From: an uncultured delta proteobacterium
Lineage (GTDB): Bacteria; Myxococcota_A; Polyangia; Polyangiales; Houyiibacteriaceae
Reading direction: 5' to 3'
DNA: 64,000 nucleotides
Assembly (NCBI GenBank): GCA_963792825.1
Contig: CAWBXS010000002.1
Location: 455,198 to 519,197, forward strand
The first letter of the stretch is position 1. Each line of letters begins with the position of its first letter. Shown here in pieces: positions 8,322-18,314 of the stretch. A model generated the notes under the pieces. The model did no database searches. It was not told the DNA's origin and was given only the letters and a program-made list of their open reading frames with translations. A program made the translations under genes and the position numbers.

Positions 8322-11300
8322 TCACGCATGCTCCGCTGGAGGCTCTCGCGCGTTGAAGAAGATCGCATACAAGGTTGGCACGACGATCATCGTCAGCACG
8401 GTGGCGACCAAGAGGCCTCCGACGATCGTCACCGCCATCGCGATGTAGAACGCATCGAAGAAGAGGGGAATCATGCCGAGGACAGTCGTGGCAGCAGCCA
8501 TGGCGACCGGACGAAGGCGGCTCACGCCGCTGTCGAGCACCGCATCATACGCCGGTTTTCCCGCGCGGACCTGCAGGTCCATCTCGTCGACGAGCACGAT
8601 TGCGTTCTTGATTAGCATCCCCGACAAGCTGAGGAAGCCGAGCAAGGCCATGAAGCCAAAGGGCTGCCCGACAAGAAGGAGCCCCCCCGTCACGCCGATG
8701 AGGGCGAGCGGCACGGTGAGCCAGATGACCAGGGGCTGCCGAATCGCGTTGAACAGGCCGACGACGATCAAGATCATGATCCCGACGAACATCGGGATGG
8801 GTGCGAAGAGCGCTTCCCGCGCCTGAACCGTGCTCTCATACTCTCCGCCCCATTCGACGTGATAGCCCGGTGGAAACGGCAGAGCCTCGATCTGGGGTGC
8901 CAGCCGGCCCCAAAGCGTCGGGGGAGAGTCGTGGGTCGGATCGGTCACGACCGTCAGAGTGCGCTTGCGGTTGCGCCGCTCGATGACCTCATCGCGCCAC
9001 TGCGTCTCGAGATCGGTCACGACGTTCGCGAGCGGAATGTAGCGCTGAGCGACCGGGCTCCAGATCGGAATCCGGGTGAGATTCGAGACGTCGAGCCGAA
9101 GCGGCGCCGGCTGCCTGAACAGGACGGGAATGACCTCATCACGCTCTCGATAGACCCCGACGACCTGTCCTTCGAACGTCGACTGAATCGCCTGGGCAAC
9201 CGCGCGCGTCGTGATCCCCTGTGCATCCGCTTGCTCCTCGGAAAGCTTCGGATGAATGACCTTGACCCGCTCGAACCAGCGCCCGCGGGAACCCTTGGTG
9301 TCGGCATCCGCTTTCATGATCCTGAGCGTCTGCTGCTCGAGCTCTCGGAGGACATCGACGTCAGGGCCCACCAGACGCGCTTCGATCTTGCCCGGCTTAC
9401 TCGGTCCCAAGTCGAATGTTCGTCCGAACGCGATCGTATCGGGCGCGACGCTCTGAATGTATTTCTCCGCCCTCTCGATGTCGCGTTGAAGGTTTCTGTA
9501 GTCTTCGATCTGAACCAAGAACTGGGCAAACCCGCTGTGTTGCTTTTCGGGCGTGAAGGTCAGGATGAACCGCAGCGGACCCTGTCCGATCGCAGTGGCG
9601 ACGTGGGTGACTCCCTCGAGCTCCGCGAGACCTCGTTCGATCACCTCCGCGTGCTTTTCGGTTTCATCGATGTGTCGATCGACCGACCAGAACACGTCGA
9701 CGCGAAACATCGGCGTCGTCGACGCAGGGAAGAACGCCTTGTCCGTGAACTGAAAGCCATAGAGCGATAGGGCGAAGAAGCCCAACACGACGGCGATCGT
9801 CACCCAGCGAAAGCGCAAGCAGAGGGCAAGAAATTTTCTGTATCCGTTGTAGAAGGCGTTGTCGTATGCGGCCTTCGGTTCGTTTTTCTCGCTCGGCGGC
9901 GGAGGCTTGAGAAACCAGATTCCGAGCAGGGGCGTGATGGTCATGGCCGTCACCCAACTGAGCGACAGCGAGATCGCGATCACGATGAACAACGACCTGC
10001 AGAACTCGCCGGTGCTGTCTGGTGACAAGCCGATGGCTCCAAAGGCGATGATCGCCACGACCGTCGCGCCGAGAAGCGGCATCGCCGTCTGAGCCGCAAC
10101 CTCGCGGGCCGCCTCCTCTGCATCCATCCCGTCCTTGATGCGTACCAACATTCCATCGATGATGACGATCGCGTTGTCGACGAGCATCCCGAGCGCGATG
10201 ATCAGCGCGCCGAGCGAGATGCGCTCGAGGGCAAGCCCGGCGGGCCCCATGAAGATGAACGTTCCAGCGATCGTGAGAACCAGTACGAAGCCGATGATCA
10301 GGCCGCTCCGGAGCCCCATGAAAAGCAAGAGCACGACGACCACGATCGCCACGGCCTCGAGGAGATTCACGAGGAAGGCATCGATCGCCGTCACGACCAT
10401 GTCCGACTGCATGTAGATGACCTCGAGCTCCATTCCGAGAGGAAACTCTCCTTGCAGCTCTTGGAGTCGCTTCTTGATGCCCTCGCCCATCGTGACGACG
10501 TTGCCGCCCTTTTCGGTCGAGACGCCGATGCCGATGGCCTTGTGGCCATCCATGTGGAGCTTGTTGGCGGCTGGATCCTTGTACCCACGCTCGATGTTCG
10601 CGATGTCGCGAAGCCGTACCTGAGATCGGTCCCCCTTGCTGATGAGGATGTCGCCGAGGTCCTGCGAGGAGTCGATCAGCGAGTCGGGATGGATCTCCAG
10701 ATACTCTGGCCCCGCCCGCACCTTCCCAGCGTCGACGACGACGCCCTCGGCGACGAGCTGCTCCGAGATGAGCTCCGGCGAAAGCCCGGTCTGCGAAAGC
10801 CGCTCGCGGTCGAACTCGACGTAGATCGCCTCCTGCACGACGCCAAAGAGCTCCACTTTCGCGACGTCTTTGACGAGAACCAGCTCTTTTCGAAGCATCT
10901 TGGCCACGTCGTAGAGCTCTCGATAGCTGTACTCATCGCCGTAGAGCGCGAAAAACACACCGTAGACGTCGGAGTAGTCGTCGACGACCAACGAGGGCCC
11001 CGCTCCCGGCGGTAGCTTCCCCTGCGCGTCGCCGACCTTGCGCCGAAGCTCGTCCCAGACCTGCGGCAACGCCTTACCGGGCACGGTGGAACGCATCTCG
11101 ACCGTGATCGTGGATTGGCCTGGAGTGTTCCGCGATTCGATTCGCTTGATCTTGCCGAGCTTCTGGATCGCGAGCTCGAGCTCATCGCTCACTTCTTCCT
11201 CGACCTCGTACGGCGTGGCGCCCGGGTACGGCGTGACGACGAGCGCTTCCTTGATGGTGAACTCGGGATCCTCGAGGCGCGGTAGGCTGTTGAACGACTG

Positions 11301-11378
11301 AAAACCGGCGTAGAGCGCCCCGAGCGTCAGCGCGACGATGAGGGTACGGTTGCGAAGCGAGAAGTCTGCGAGATTCAT
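8322..11378 (-). CDS. RND efflux pump, AcrB/HAE1-like inner-membrane subunit
   Basis: 1018 aa with the typical N-terminus MNLADFSLRNRTLIVALTL and a 12-TM, two-large-loop organisation. Its start overlaps the adaptor stop (ATGA). Confidence 0.95.
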   Translation of the reverse strand: MNLADFSLRNRTLIVALTLGALYAGFQSFNSLPRLEDPEFTIKEALVVTPYPGATPYEVEEEVSDELELAIQKLGKIKRIESRNTPGQSTITVEMRSTVPGKALPQVWDELRRKVGDAQGKLPPGAGPSLVVDDYSDVYGVFFALYGDEYSYRELYDVAKMLRKELVLVKDVAKVELFGVVQEAIYVEFDRERLSQTGLSPELISEQLVAEGVVVDAGKVRAGPEYLEIHPDSLIDSSQDLGDILISKGDRSQVRLRDIANIERGYKDPAANKLHMDGHKAIGIGVSTEKGGNVVTMGEGIKKRLQELQGEFPLGMELEVIYMQSDMVVTAIDAFLVNLLEAVAIVVVVLLLFMGLRSGLIIGFVLVLTIAGTFIFMGPAGLALERISLGALIIALGMLVDNAIVIIDGMLVRIKDGMDAEEAAREVAAQTAMPLLGATVVAIIAFGAIGLSPDSTGEFCRSLFIVIAISLSLSWVTAMTITPLLGIWFLKPPPPSEKNEPKAAYDNAFYNGYRKFLALCLRFRWVTIAVVLGFFALSLYGFQFTDKAFFPASTTPMFRVDVFWSVDRHIDETEKHAEVIERGLAELEGVTHVATAIGQGPLRFILTFTPEKQHSGFAQFLVQIEDYRNLQRDIERAEKYIQSVAPDTIAFGRTFDLGPSKPGKIEARLVGPDVDVLRELEQQTLRIMKADADTKGSRGRWFERVKVIHPKLSEEQADAQGITTRAVAQAIQSTFEGQVVGVYRERDEVIPVLFRQPAPLRLDVSNLTRIPIWSPVAQRYIPLANVVTDLETQWRDEVIERRNRKRTLTVVTDPTHDSPPTLWGRLAPQIEALPFPPGYHVEWGGEYESTVQAREALFAPIPMFVGIMILIVVGLFNAIRQPLVIWLTVPLALIGVTGGLLLVGQPFGFMALLGFLSLSGMLIKNAIVLVDEMDLQVRAGKPAYDAVLDSGVSRLRPVAMAAATTVLGMIPLFFDAFYIAMAVTIVGGLLVATVLTMIVVPTLYAIFFNAREPPAEHA

Positions 11379-12496
11379 TTCCGAGTCTCGTCGGATTCCT
11401 TCAGCTCGGTCACCTTGGTGCCCTCGGTGAGCAGGTGCACCCCCGACATCGCGATGGCCTGGCCCGTTTTGAGCCCCTCGGTCACGACGATGCGGCCTTC
11501 AGTGACCTCGCCCACCTCGACCGGCAGCTTCGACACCGTCATCGACTCCTCGTCGACGAGCCAGACGAACGGCCTCTCCTCGCTGTCTGCGAGGACGGCA
11601 TCGACCGGCAACAAGAACTCGTCGGCGGCGGTCGTTTGGAGTCCGGTGAGAACGAGCTTGGCGGTCATTCCCGAGAGCAATCCGATGCCCGGGGGCTTCA
11701 CCATGGAGAACGTCGCTCGGAACGTACGGGTGTTGGGGTCCGCGGCGGTGGCGAGCTCGGTCAGCTCGACGGGGTACTGGCGCCCGGGGACGGCGGAAAG
11801 CTCGATCATGGGCTTGGCCCGCGCGTTGAACTCGGCGAGACTGAGCTCTTTTCTCGATCCCGCGAGGTCGCGCTCCGGGACGTCGACGATGACCTCCATT
11901 ACCGATTCGTCCTGCAGGAGCAGCACCGGCTCGCGGGCCGCAACGTTTCGGAAGTCCGTGACGAGCTTGCGCGCGATCACCCCGTCGAAGATCGCCCGAA
12001 GCTTCGTGTCCTCGAGGGCCTTCTCCGAGATTCGGAGCTCGGCCCGGCTGACGTCTCGCGACCGAGTCGCCACGTCGAGGTCACGTTGCGTGCCCGAGCC
12101 CGACGCAAACAGCTTGCTCTCGCGGCGATACTCGGCTTCGGCGAGCCGAAGACGCGCACGTGCGGCCTCGACCTGAGCTTGATAGTCCCGTGCATCGAGC
12201 CGCGAGAGGATCTGCCCCTTCTTGACCCGCTGGCCTTCCTCGACGTTCCAATCGGTGATTCGACCTTCGACCTCGAAGGCGAGCTCGACGACCTTGACCG
12301 CCTTGATACGACCTGGATAATCCGGGCGCGTCGCTCCGAGCTGGCCATCGAGTCGGTAGATCTTGATCGGCCTCGGAGGCGGCTCGACCGTGACGACCTC
12401 TTCCTTCTTGCAAGCGGTCAGCATGGCCGTGACCAGCAAAAGGGATGCCAGCCGCAGAGCAACGCTGCGAGTACTTGAGGGCATGGAGAGCTCCAT
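11375..12496 (-). CDS. RND efflux periplasmic adaptor (MFP/HlyD family) lipoprotein
   Basis: MELSMPSSTRSVALRLASLLLVTAMLTACKKEE (lipobox LTAC), a coiled-coil hairpin region (QAQVEAARARLRLAEAEYRR) and beta-barrel motifs. Start trimmed from 12568 to the Met preceding the signal peptide. Confidence 0.85.
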   Translation of the reverse strand: MELSMPSSTRSVALRLASLLLVTAMLTACKKEEVVTVEPPPRPIKIYRLDGQLGATRPDYPGRIKAVKVVELAFEVEGRITDWNVEEGQRVKKGQILSRLDARDYQAQVEAARARLRLAEAEYRRESKLFASGSGTQRDLDVATRSRDVSRAELRISEKALEDTKLRAIFDGVIARKLVTDFRNVAAREPVLLLQDESVMEVIVDVPERDLAGSRKELSLAEFNARAKPMIELSAVPGRQYPVELTELATAADPNTRTFRATFSMVKPPGIGLLSGMTAKLVLTGLQTTAADEFLLPVDAVLADSEERPFVWLVDEESMTVSKLPVEVGEVTEGRIVVTEGLKTGQAIAMSGVHLLTEGTKVTELKESDETRK

Positions 12497-12595
12497 ATTC
12501 GAGGCTTCTATCACGAGCCGAGCGGGACGGGGCAGCATAGGAACCTCGTTCATGCTTGCCAAGGTCAAACTTCCGGGGCCGGCCGTCTTGCCCAG

Positions 12596-12607
12596 CGAAA
12601 ATTTTCG
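12596..12607. promoter_or_regulatory. perfect 12-bp AT-rich palindrome CGAAAATTTTCG in a divergent promoter region
   Basis: Read directly from the sequence. It lies in the 158-nt gap between the RND adaptor start (12496, minus) and the TolC-like fusion start (12655, plus). Function unproven. Confidence 0.25.
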
Positions 12608-12654
12608 AAAGAGAGTCTAGGATTCGCTGGCGCGTCGACTATGCTCGGCAGCCT

Positions 12655-15021
12655 ATGCGGCTGCTTCGCGTCTCCATCGTTGCCTTACTGATGACCCCCG
12701 CTCCGACGGGCGCGGAGTCGGGGAGACGCCGGGTCGAGGTGACGGCCGTCTACGACGGCCCTTCCCCGGTTTTCGACGCGGCGGTCGACGACTTGTCGAA
12801 GGAGATTCGCGCGCAGCTTTCGGACCGTTTCAACGTCGTCTTCGTCCCCTTGAGCTTCGAGGGCGATTGGACCCGAGCCGGTGTTGAACGCCAGTTGGAC
12901 GAGGCCTACTCCAATCCCGAGATCACCGCCGTGTTCGGCTTCGGTCCCCTGACGGTGGACGCCGTGGCCGCGCGGAAGAACCTCCCAAAGCCCACCATCC
13001 TTCCCTTCGTCATGGAAGGGCGGAAGCAGGGCTTGCAGAGAAACGGCGACGTCAGTGGTAAACGGAACCTGACCTACATCACGGAGGATCTCGACGTCCG
13101 AGAAGAGGCAACCTGGTTGACAAAGGTGGCAGGCTCCAAGCGCATCGTCCTTCTCGCGGACGAGTCGCTGAGAGAGGGGCTGTCCGAAGCTACCCGGGAT
13201 CGGTCGATCTCGATCGCGATTGCGGAGCCGAGCGTCGAAGCGCTGCTGGCGGCGATCCCGAGCAATGCTGATGGTGTGATCATCGCGCCCGTGTTGCAGC
13301 TCTCCTTCGAAGATCGCGTACGATTGCTCGATGGGATCACCAAGCGCCGTCTTCCCAACGTCGCGGTCAGCCCCTCGTGGCTCGATCAGGGGGCGATGAT
13401 GTCGATCCGTTCACCGAATAACGCGGCGCGCCGGGCGCAGCGGGCGGCGCTCAACCTCGATTTGATTCTCGAGGGCCGGCCGGCATCCGAAATGCACGTC
13501 GACTTCCAGGAGCGGCTCGAGCTGCAGATCAATCTCGACGCCGCTCGCGCCGTCGGCGTGAGACCGACCTACGAAGTGCTGCTCGAAGCAGACACCATGG
13601 AGCAGGAGGAAGCCGACGAAGAAAACCGGGTCGACCTGGGCATCGCGATGCTCGAAGCCGTCGATCAGAACCTCGATCTCTTGGTTTCGGAAAAGTTCGT
13701 CGAAGCGGGCGAAGAAGGCGTCAAGCGCGAGCGCGGGCCGTTGCTTCCGCAGAGCCAGCTTCAGGTGGGCGCCACGTACCGTGACCCGGATCGCGTCGCG
13801 CCAGGTAGTCAGATTGCGGAGTGGCAAGGGAGCACCATCGCCCGGGCAAGCCAAAGCATCTACTCCGCCGAAGCCTGGACGCGCTTCCGATCGCGACAGC
13901 TCCGCCAAGAGGGACGGGAGTACGGCTACTTCTCCGACGTGCTCGACATCATGTTGCAAGCCGGTGTGGACTACGTCGCCGTGCTCCGCGCCGAGGCGCA
14001 AGAACGCATTCAACGCGAGAACATCCAGCTCACGCGCGAGTACCTCGAGCTTGCCCGGCTTCGCCTCGAAATCGGCGTGGCCAACGCCAGCGAGCTCTAC
14101 CGCTGGCAGGTGACGCTCGCTGAGAACCAACGCGCCGTCGTCGAAGCGCGGGCGCTCGTCGGTCAAACCAAGATCGAGCTCAATCGGGTCCTCAATCGGT
14201 CTCTCGAGCGTCCGATCGCCCCCATCGATCTGCCGGTTGACGAGGCGGGGCGCACACGTCCTCCGAGCGATCCCATCGGGAAATACATGTTGGATCCGTG
14301 GTCGTTCGAGCGTCTGCGCGATTTCATGGTCCGAGAAGGCCTCCGCAACTCACCTGGGGCCCGCGAGGTCGAGGCCCGCAAGGCGGCGCAGGAACGCATC
14401 GAGAAAGGACGCACCCTCGAGCTCTGGCTCCCGGAGTTCGCGGTCGAAGGAGGCATCCAGCACGACTTCTGGCGAGCAGGCCAAGGAGCCACGACACCGC
14501 CCAATCCGTTTGGAATTCCTCAACCCGACAAGTTCGGCTGGGACGTCGGTCTCTATCTCGCGATCCCTCTTTCGCGCGGTGGGGCCGGTATCGCCAACAT
14601 TCGAGAAAGCGCGCGCTTGGTGGAGGGCCTCTCCGCCGAGCTAGCTCGCGTCGAGCAAAACATCGACAGCGGAGTACGCACCGAGCTCTACAACGCTGCA
14701 GCGGCCCTGGCGACCGTCTCCCTGACCCGAAATGCAGCCGAGGCTGCAGCCGAAAACCTCGTGCTCGTCACCGACCTCTACCGCCGTGGTAAGGTCGACA
14801 TCATCAGGCTCGTCGACGCTCAAACGCAGTCCCTCGTGGCAGACCTCGCTGCCGTCAATGCCGTCTACGATTACGTGATCGCCCTACTCTTCGTGAACCG
14901 CGAGATCAGTCACTTCCGGAACCTCGACACACCTCAAGCGACGCAGGATTTTTCGCGACGTCTCAACGAGTTCATCCTAGCCTCGGAAACGAAGGCCGTC
15001 CGAGCGCTCCCGGCCCCTTAG
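12655..15021 (+). CDS. outer-membrane efflux protein (TolC/OEP family) fused to an N-terminal ABC_sub_bind-like periplasmic-binding domain
   Basis: The start MRLLRVSIVALLMTPAPTGAES is a signal peptide. The N-terminal ~330 aa resemble the ABC-transporter substrate-binding family (ITAVFGFGPLTVDAVAA..LPKPTILPFV, NLTYI, KRIVLLAD, GVIIAPV, LQINLDAARAVGV). The C-terminal ~450 aa carry two OEP repeats (ELYRWQVTLAENQRAVVEARALVGQTKIELNRVL; LVTDLYRRGKVDIIRLVDAQ). Confidence 0.75.
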   Translation: MRLLRVSIVALLMTPAPTGAESGRRRVEVTAVYDGPSPVFDAAVDDLSKEIRAQLSDRFNVVFVPLSFEGDWTRAGVERQLDEAYSNPEITAVFGFGPLTVDAVAARKNLPKPTILPFVMEGRKQGLQRNGDVSGKRNLTYITEDLDVREEATWLTKVAGSKRIVLLADESLREGLSEATRDRSISIAIAEPSVEALLAAIPSNADGVIIAPVLQLSFEDRVRLLDGITKRRLPNVAVSPSWLDQGAMMSIRSPNNAARRAQRAALNLDLILEGRPASEMHVDFQERLELQINLDAARAVGVRPTYEVLLEADTMEQEEADEENRVDLGIAMLEAVDQNLDLLVSEKFVEAGEEGVKRERGPLLPQSQLQVGATYRDPDRVAPGSQIAEWQGSTIARASQSIYSAEAWTRFRSRQLRQEGREYGYFSDVLDIMLQAGVDYVAVLRAEAQERIQRENIQLTREYLELARLRLEIGVANASELYRWQVTLAENQRAVVEARALVGQTKIELNRVLNRSLERPIAPIDLPVDEAGRTRPPSDPIGKYMLDPWSFERLRDFMVREGLRNSPGAREVEARKAAQERIEKGRTLELWLPEFAVEGGIQHDFWRAGQGATTPPNPFGIPQPDKFGWDVGLYLAIPLSRGGAGIANIRESARLVEGLSAELARVEQNIDSGVRTELYNAAAALATVSLTRNAAEAAAENLVLVTDLYRRGKVDIIRLVDAQTQSLVADLAAVNAVYDYVIALLFVNREISHFRNLDTPQATQDFSRRLNEFILASETKAVRALPAP

Positions 15022-15053
15022 GACGCCGCGGACGGGCTTCCCGCCCCGAAGTT

Positions 15054-17321
15054 TTGGCACTGCCAGGCGCACCGCCTATCTTCCCGGCCGTGCCTTCAAG
15101 ACCAGGACAACCAGAGCGCCACCTGAGCCTCGTCCAAGCAACTGGGGTGGGCGTAGGCGCGATCGTCGGCGGCGGCATCCTCGTCTTGGCCGGAGCCGCG
15201 TTTGGTGAGACCGGCCCGAGCACCATCCTGGCATTCGCGATCAATGGCGTCATTGCGCTGATGACGGCGCTCACTTTCGCCGAGATGTCGTCGATGTTCC
15301 CCGAGTCGGGCGGCGCCTACACCTTCGCCAAGAAAGTGCTCACGGTACGGGCCGCGTTCGTCGTCGGATGGGTGCTTTGGTTCGCGTACATCGTTGCCGG
15401 CGTGTTGTACGCCCTCGGCTTCGCGGAGTACGCGCTACTCGCGGTGAGCGAGATGTGGGGGGCGGCCTCGAGAGAAGCCCCCGGATGGCTGCGCACCCGT
15501 CCTACGACGATCGTCCTCGCGGTGATCGCGACGGCCACATACAGTCTGCTGCTCGTTCGAAAGAGCGAAGGCGGCGGCCAATGGGAGACGATCGGAAAGC
15601 TGGTGATCTTCGCCGCCTTGATGCTAGCGGGCGCGTGGGCACTCGGCGGATCTCCGGAAGGCACCGTGAGGCGCGGCATGACGCCGTTCTTCGAGAACGG
15701 CACGACTGGGTTACTCACCGCCATGGGCTTCACCTTCATTGCGCTTCAAGGCTTCGACCTGATCGCAACCGTCGGTGGTGAGGTCAAGGACCCCGAGCGT
15801 ACGATCCCGCGCGCCATGCTGACCTCCTTGGGCCTTGCTGTCGCGATTTACCTCCCGCTGCTCTTTCTCGTCTCCACGGTCGGCACTCCACCTGGGCAGG
15901 GCATCGCGGCGATGAGCCTCGAGCGCCCGGCGACGGTCATGGCGGACGCCGCATCTAACTTCGCTGGCGGAATCGGCCATTGGATGGTGATCGGCGCGGC
16001 GGTGCTTTCCACGCTGTCAGCGCTTTCCGCCTGCGTTCTGGCCGCCAGCAGAATATCGCTCCAGATGGCGACCGACCGGACCCTTCCTCGCGTCCTACAG
16101 CGACGCCATCAGAAACGCGGGACGCCGATCATGGCGATCTATGCGACCGCACTGGCGATGACCTTCATCCTGCTGATGGTGCCCGGCGTCTCCTCGGCTG
16201 GCGCCGCCGCAAGCCTGATCTTCTTGATCTCGTTCGCGCTCGTTCATTGGACTAGCCTCCTCGCGCGACTTCGTTCCCGAAGTGAGGCCGCCTTTCGCAC
16301 CCCTTGGTTTCCAGCGATCCCGATCGTGGGCGGCTTTTCCTGCGCATTGCTGGCCGTCTACCAAGCGATCGCCGTTCCAGCCGCGGGCGCCATCGCCGCC
16401 GTGTGGCTCGGGTTTGGAGTCATCCTGTATTTCGGGCTCTTCGCGGATCGGGCTCGTGCCGTGGATGCATTCACCGAAGCGCTCGACCCGCGCCTCGGTG
16501 CGCTGCGCGGACGAAGCCCGCTCGTCTTGGTGCCCGTCGCCAATCCTGCAAGCGCCGTCGTGCTGGTGAGGTTGGCCAATGCACTCGCCATGCCGGTGGT
16601 GGGACGGGTCGTTCTGCTGACCGTCGTCCGCCGGCCACGCGACTTCGCCTCTGCCGAGGCACAGATCGCCAAGTCGTTGCGGGATTCTCAAGAGGTCATC
16701 GGCCAAGCTCTGACCGCATCCATCAGCGCCGGGCATGCGCCCGAGGCACTCATGACGATTGCAGCCGACCCGTGGAAGGAGATCGCGCGTATCGCCCGTG
16801 CTCGCGCCTGCGAGAGCCTTCTCGTAGGATTTTCCTCTCTCGAAGATCGGGACAACGTCGAGCAGATCGAACGGCTCCTCAATTCCGTGGACTGCGACGT
16901 CGTCATTCTGCGGTCGCACCCGAACTGGGAGCTGAGCCCCGACACGAGAATCATCGTGCCCGTGGGCGGCCGGGGCGGCCACGACGAGCTGCGCGCACGG
17001 CTCCTCGGAAGTCTGGGCCGAGCAGGAGTCACGAACGTTCGCTTCGTTCAGGTTGCGAGAAAGAGCCTGCCGCCCCTCGGCAAGACTCAGCTCGAACGCC
17101 AGCTTCGCGTGTTTGCCGAGGAGGAAACCCGCGGCGCAGCCGACGTCGAGCTGCTCGAGTCGCCCGATGTCATCGAGGCGCTCACCAACGAGGCTGCCCC
17201 GAACGACCTCGTCATCCTCGGACTGCGCTACCAGCGAGGCAAGCGCCTCTTCAGCGACCTCACCCTTCAGATCGCTCGCAAGAGCCCGGCCGCGACTTTG
17301 ATGATCAGCCGCCATACCTGA
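15054..17321 (+). CDS. APC-family amino acid/polyamine permease fused to C-terminal tandem universal-stress-protein (Usp) domains
   Basis: LSLVQATGVGVGAIVGGGILVLAG and FAEMSSMFPESGGAYTF are APC signatures within ~12 TM helices. The C-terminal ~270 aa form two Usp-like alpha/beta units (PLVLVPVANP...; RIIVPVGGRGGHDELRA...). The TTG start is uncertain. Confidence 0.85.
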   Translation: MALPGAPPIFPAVPSRPGQPERHLSLVQATGVGVGAIVGGGILVLAGAAFGETGPSTILAFAINGVIALMTALTFAEMSSMFPESGGAYTFAKKVLTVRAAFVVGWVLWFAYIVAGVLYALGFAEYALLAVSEMWGAASREAPGWLRTRPTTIVLAVIATATYSLLLVRKSEGGGQWETIGKLVIFAALMLAGAWALGGSPEGTVRRGMTPFFENGTTGLLTAMGFTFIALQGFDLIATVGGEVKDPERTIPRAMLTSLGLAVAIYLPLLFLVSTVGTPPGQGIAAMSLERPATVMADAASNFAGGIGHWMVIGAAVLSTLSALSACVLAASRISLQMATDRTLPRVLQRRHQKRGTPIMAIYATALAMTFILLMVPGVSSAGAAASLIFLISFALVHWTSLLARLRSRSEAAFRTPWFPAIPIVGGFSCALLAVYQAIAVPAAGAIAAVWLGFGVILYFGLFADRARAVDAFTEALDPRLGALRGRSPLVLVPVANPASAVVLVRLANALAMPVVGRVVLLTVVRRPRDFASAEAQIAKSLRDSQEVIGQALTASISAGHAPEALMTIAADPWKEIARIARARACESLLVGFSSLEDRDNVEQIERLLNSVDCDVVILRSHPNWELSPDTRIIVPVGGRGGHDELRARLLGSLGRAGVTNVRFVQVARKSLPPLGKTQLERQLRVFAEEETRGAADVELLESPDVIEALTNEAAPNDLVILGLRYQRGKRLFSDLTLQIARKSPAATLMISRHT

Positions 17322-17361
17322 CCCCGGGGAACCTCCACGAGACCGATGAGCGACGTGCGTC

Positions 17362-17438
17362 TGGCGCGCCCGGGAGGACTCGAACCTCCGACCGTCGGCT
17401 TAGAAGGCCGCTGCTCTATCCAGCTGAGCTACGGGCGC
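17362..17438 (-). tRNA. tRNA-Arg (anticodon TCT), CCA encoded
   Basis: Minus strand reads GCGCCCGTAGCTCAGCTGGATAGAGCAGCGGCCTTCTAAGCCGACGGTCGGAGGTTCGAGTCCTCCCGGGCGCGCCA. It folds by hand into a cloverleaf with a 7-bp acceptor stem, anticodon loop CTTCTAA and T-loop TTCGAGT. Confidence 0.9.
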
Positions 17439-17459
17439 AGTCTCGCGCTCCTTAGCATG

Positions 17460-18194
17460 TTAAACCCGATGGAGCGCATAGCAGCGCTTCACCCAGTCGA
17501 GCATTCGGTAGTTGCGGAACGAATCGACCAGGGCGTCTCCGGCATCACCCAGCGCCATCCGCGGATAATATGGATGCTCTGGGGGACGCGCGATCGGCGA
17601 TAGCATCGATGCCATGGTCAGATCGGCGAGCGTGAACGTCTCACCAACCAGATATCTTCCGCCGTCGAACCGATCGTCTTGGTCGGCGAGAAAGCGTCGC
17701 ACGAGCGCCTCGCTTTCTTTCGCGTCTTTGTAATTCACGCGAAGGGCCTTGAAGGCCATCCTCCGCGACAAGGGAAAGATCAGCTTGTGAAGCCGCGCCT
17801 CTGCCGAGCTCACGTTGAGCGTCCAAGCTTCTTTTAGTCGCGCCAGGTCCTGCCCGATAGCGAAGTACGCAACCCTTCGAACGTGTGGTCCCAGTGATCG
17901 GGCCTCGTCCGACGCGCGAAGCACCGCCTCGCGATGCTCCGCAGGAATCAGCCTAGGAGCCGGAAAACGCTCTTCGACGTATTTGCAGATCTCCGCGCTC
18001 TCCTGGATGACTTTGCCGTCGATGCGCAGAACCGGTGTGTAGGTTCTCTTCAGACGCCACGTCCTGAAGATGTGAAGCATGGGCGCCCACGATTCCTCGG
18101 TATAAGGAATGCGCTTGTAGTCGAGCGCCCAACGCGCGTTCTCGCAAAAGTGCGAAAGCGCGAAGGTATGCAGGATGATGGATGCGTCGGTCAT
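17460..18194 (-). CDS. glutathione S-transferase family protein
   Basis: Thioredoxin-like N-domain (ILHTFALSHFCENARWALDYKRIPY...PVLRIDGKVIQESAEICKYVEERFP) and a helical C-domain with YLVGETFTLADLTMASML. Confidence 0.7.
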   Translation of the reverse strand: MTDASIILHTFALSHFCENARWALDYKRIPYTEESWAPMLHIFRTWRLKRTYTPVLRIDGKVIQESAEICKYVEERFPAPRLIPAEHREAVLRASDEARSLGPHVRRVAYFAIGQDLARLKEAWTLNVSSAEARLHKLIFPLSRRMAFKALRVNYKDAKESEALVRRFLADQDDRFDGGRYLVGETFTLADLTMASMLSPIARPPEHPYYPRMALGDAGDALVDSFRNYRMLDWVKRCYALHRV

Positions 18195-18314
18195 GGTTTG
18201 GAACGGGCCGTTTGGCTCGTAGCACCCAGAACCGACCCAAAAACTGGCGGGTTTGGAGCCCCCAACGATACACTTCGTGCGGACTGAGCAAGCAGTCCTT
18301 CAGGAGGGGTTGGA

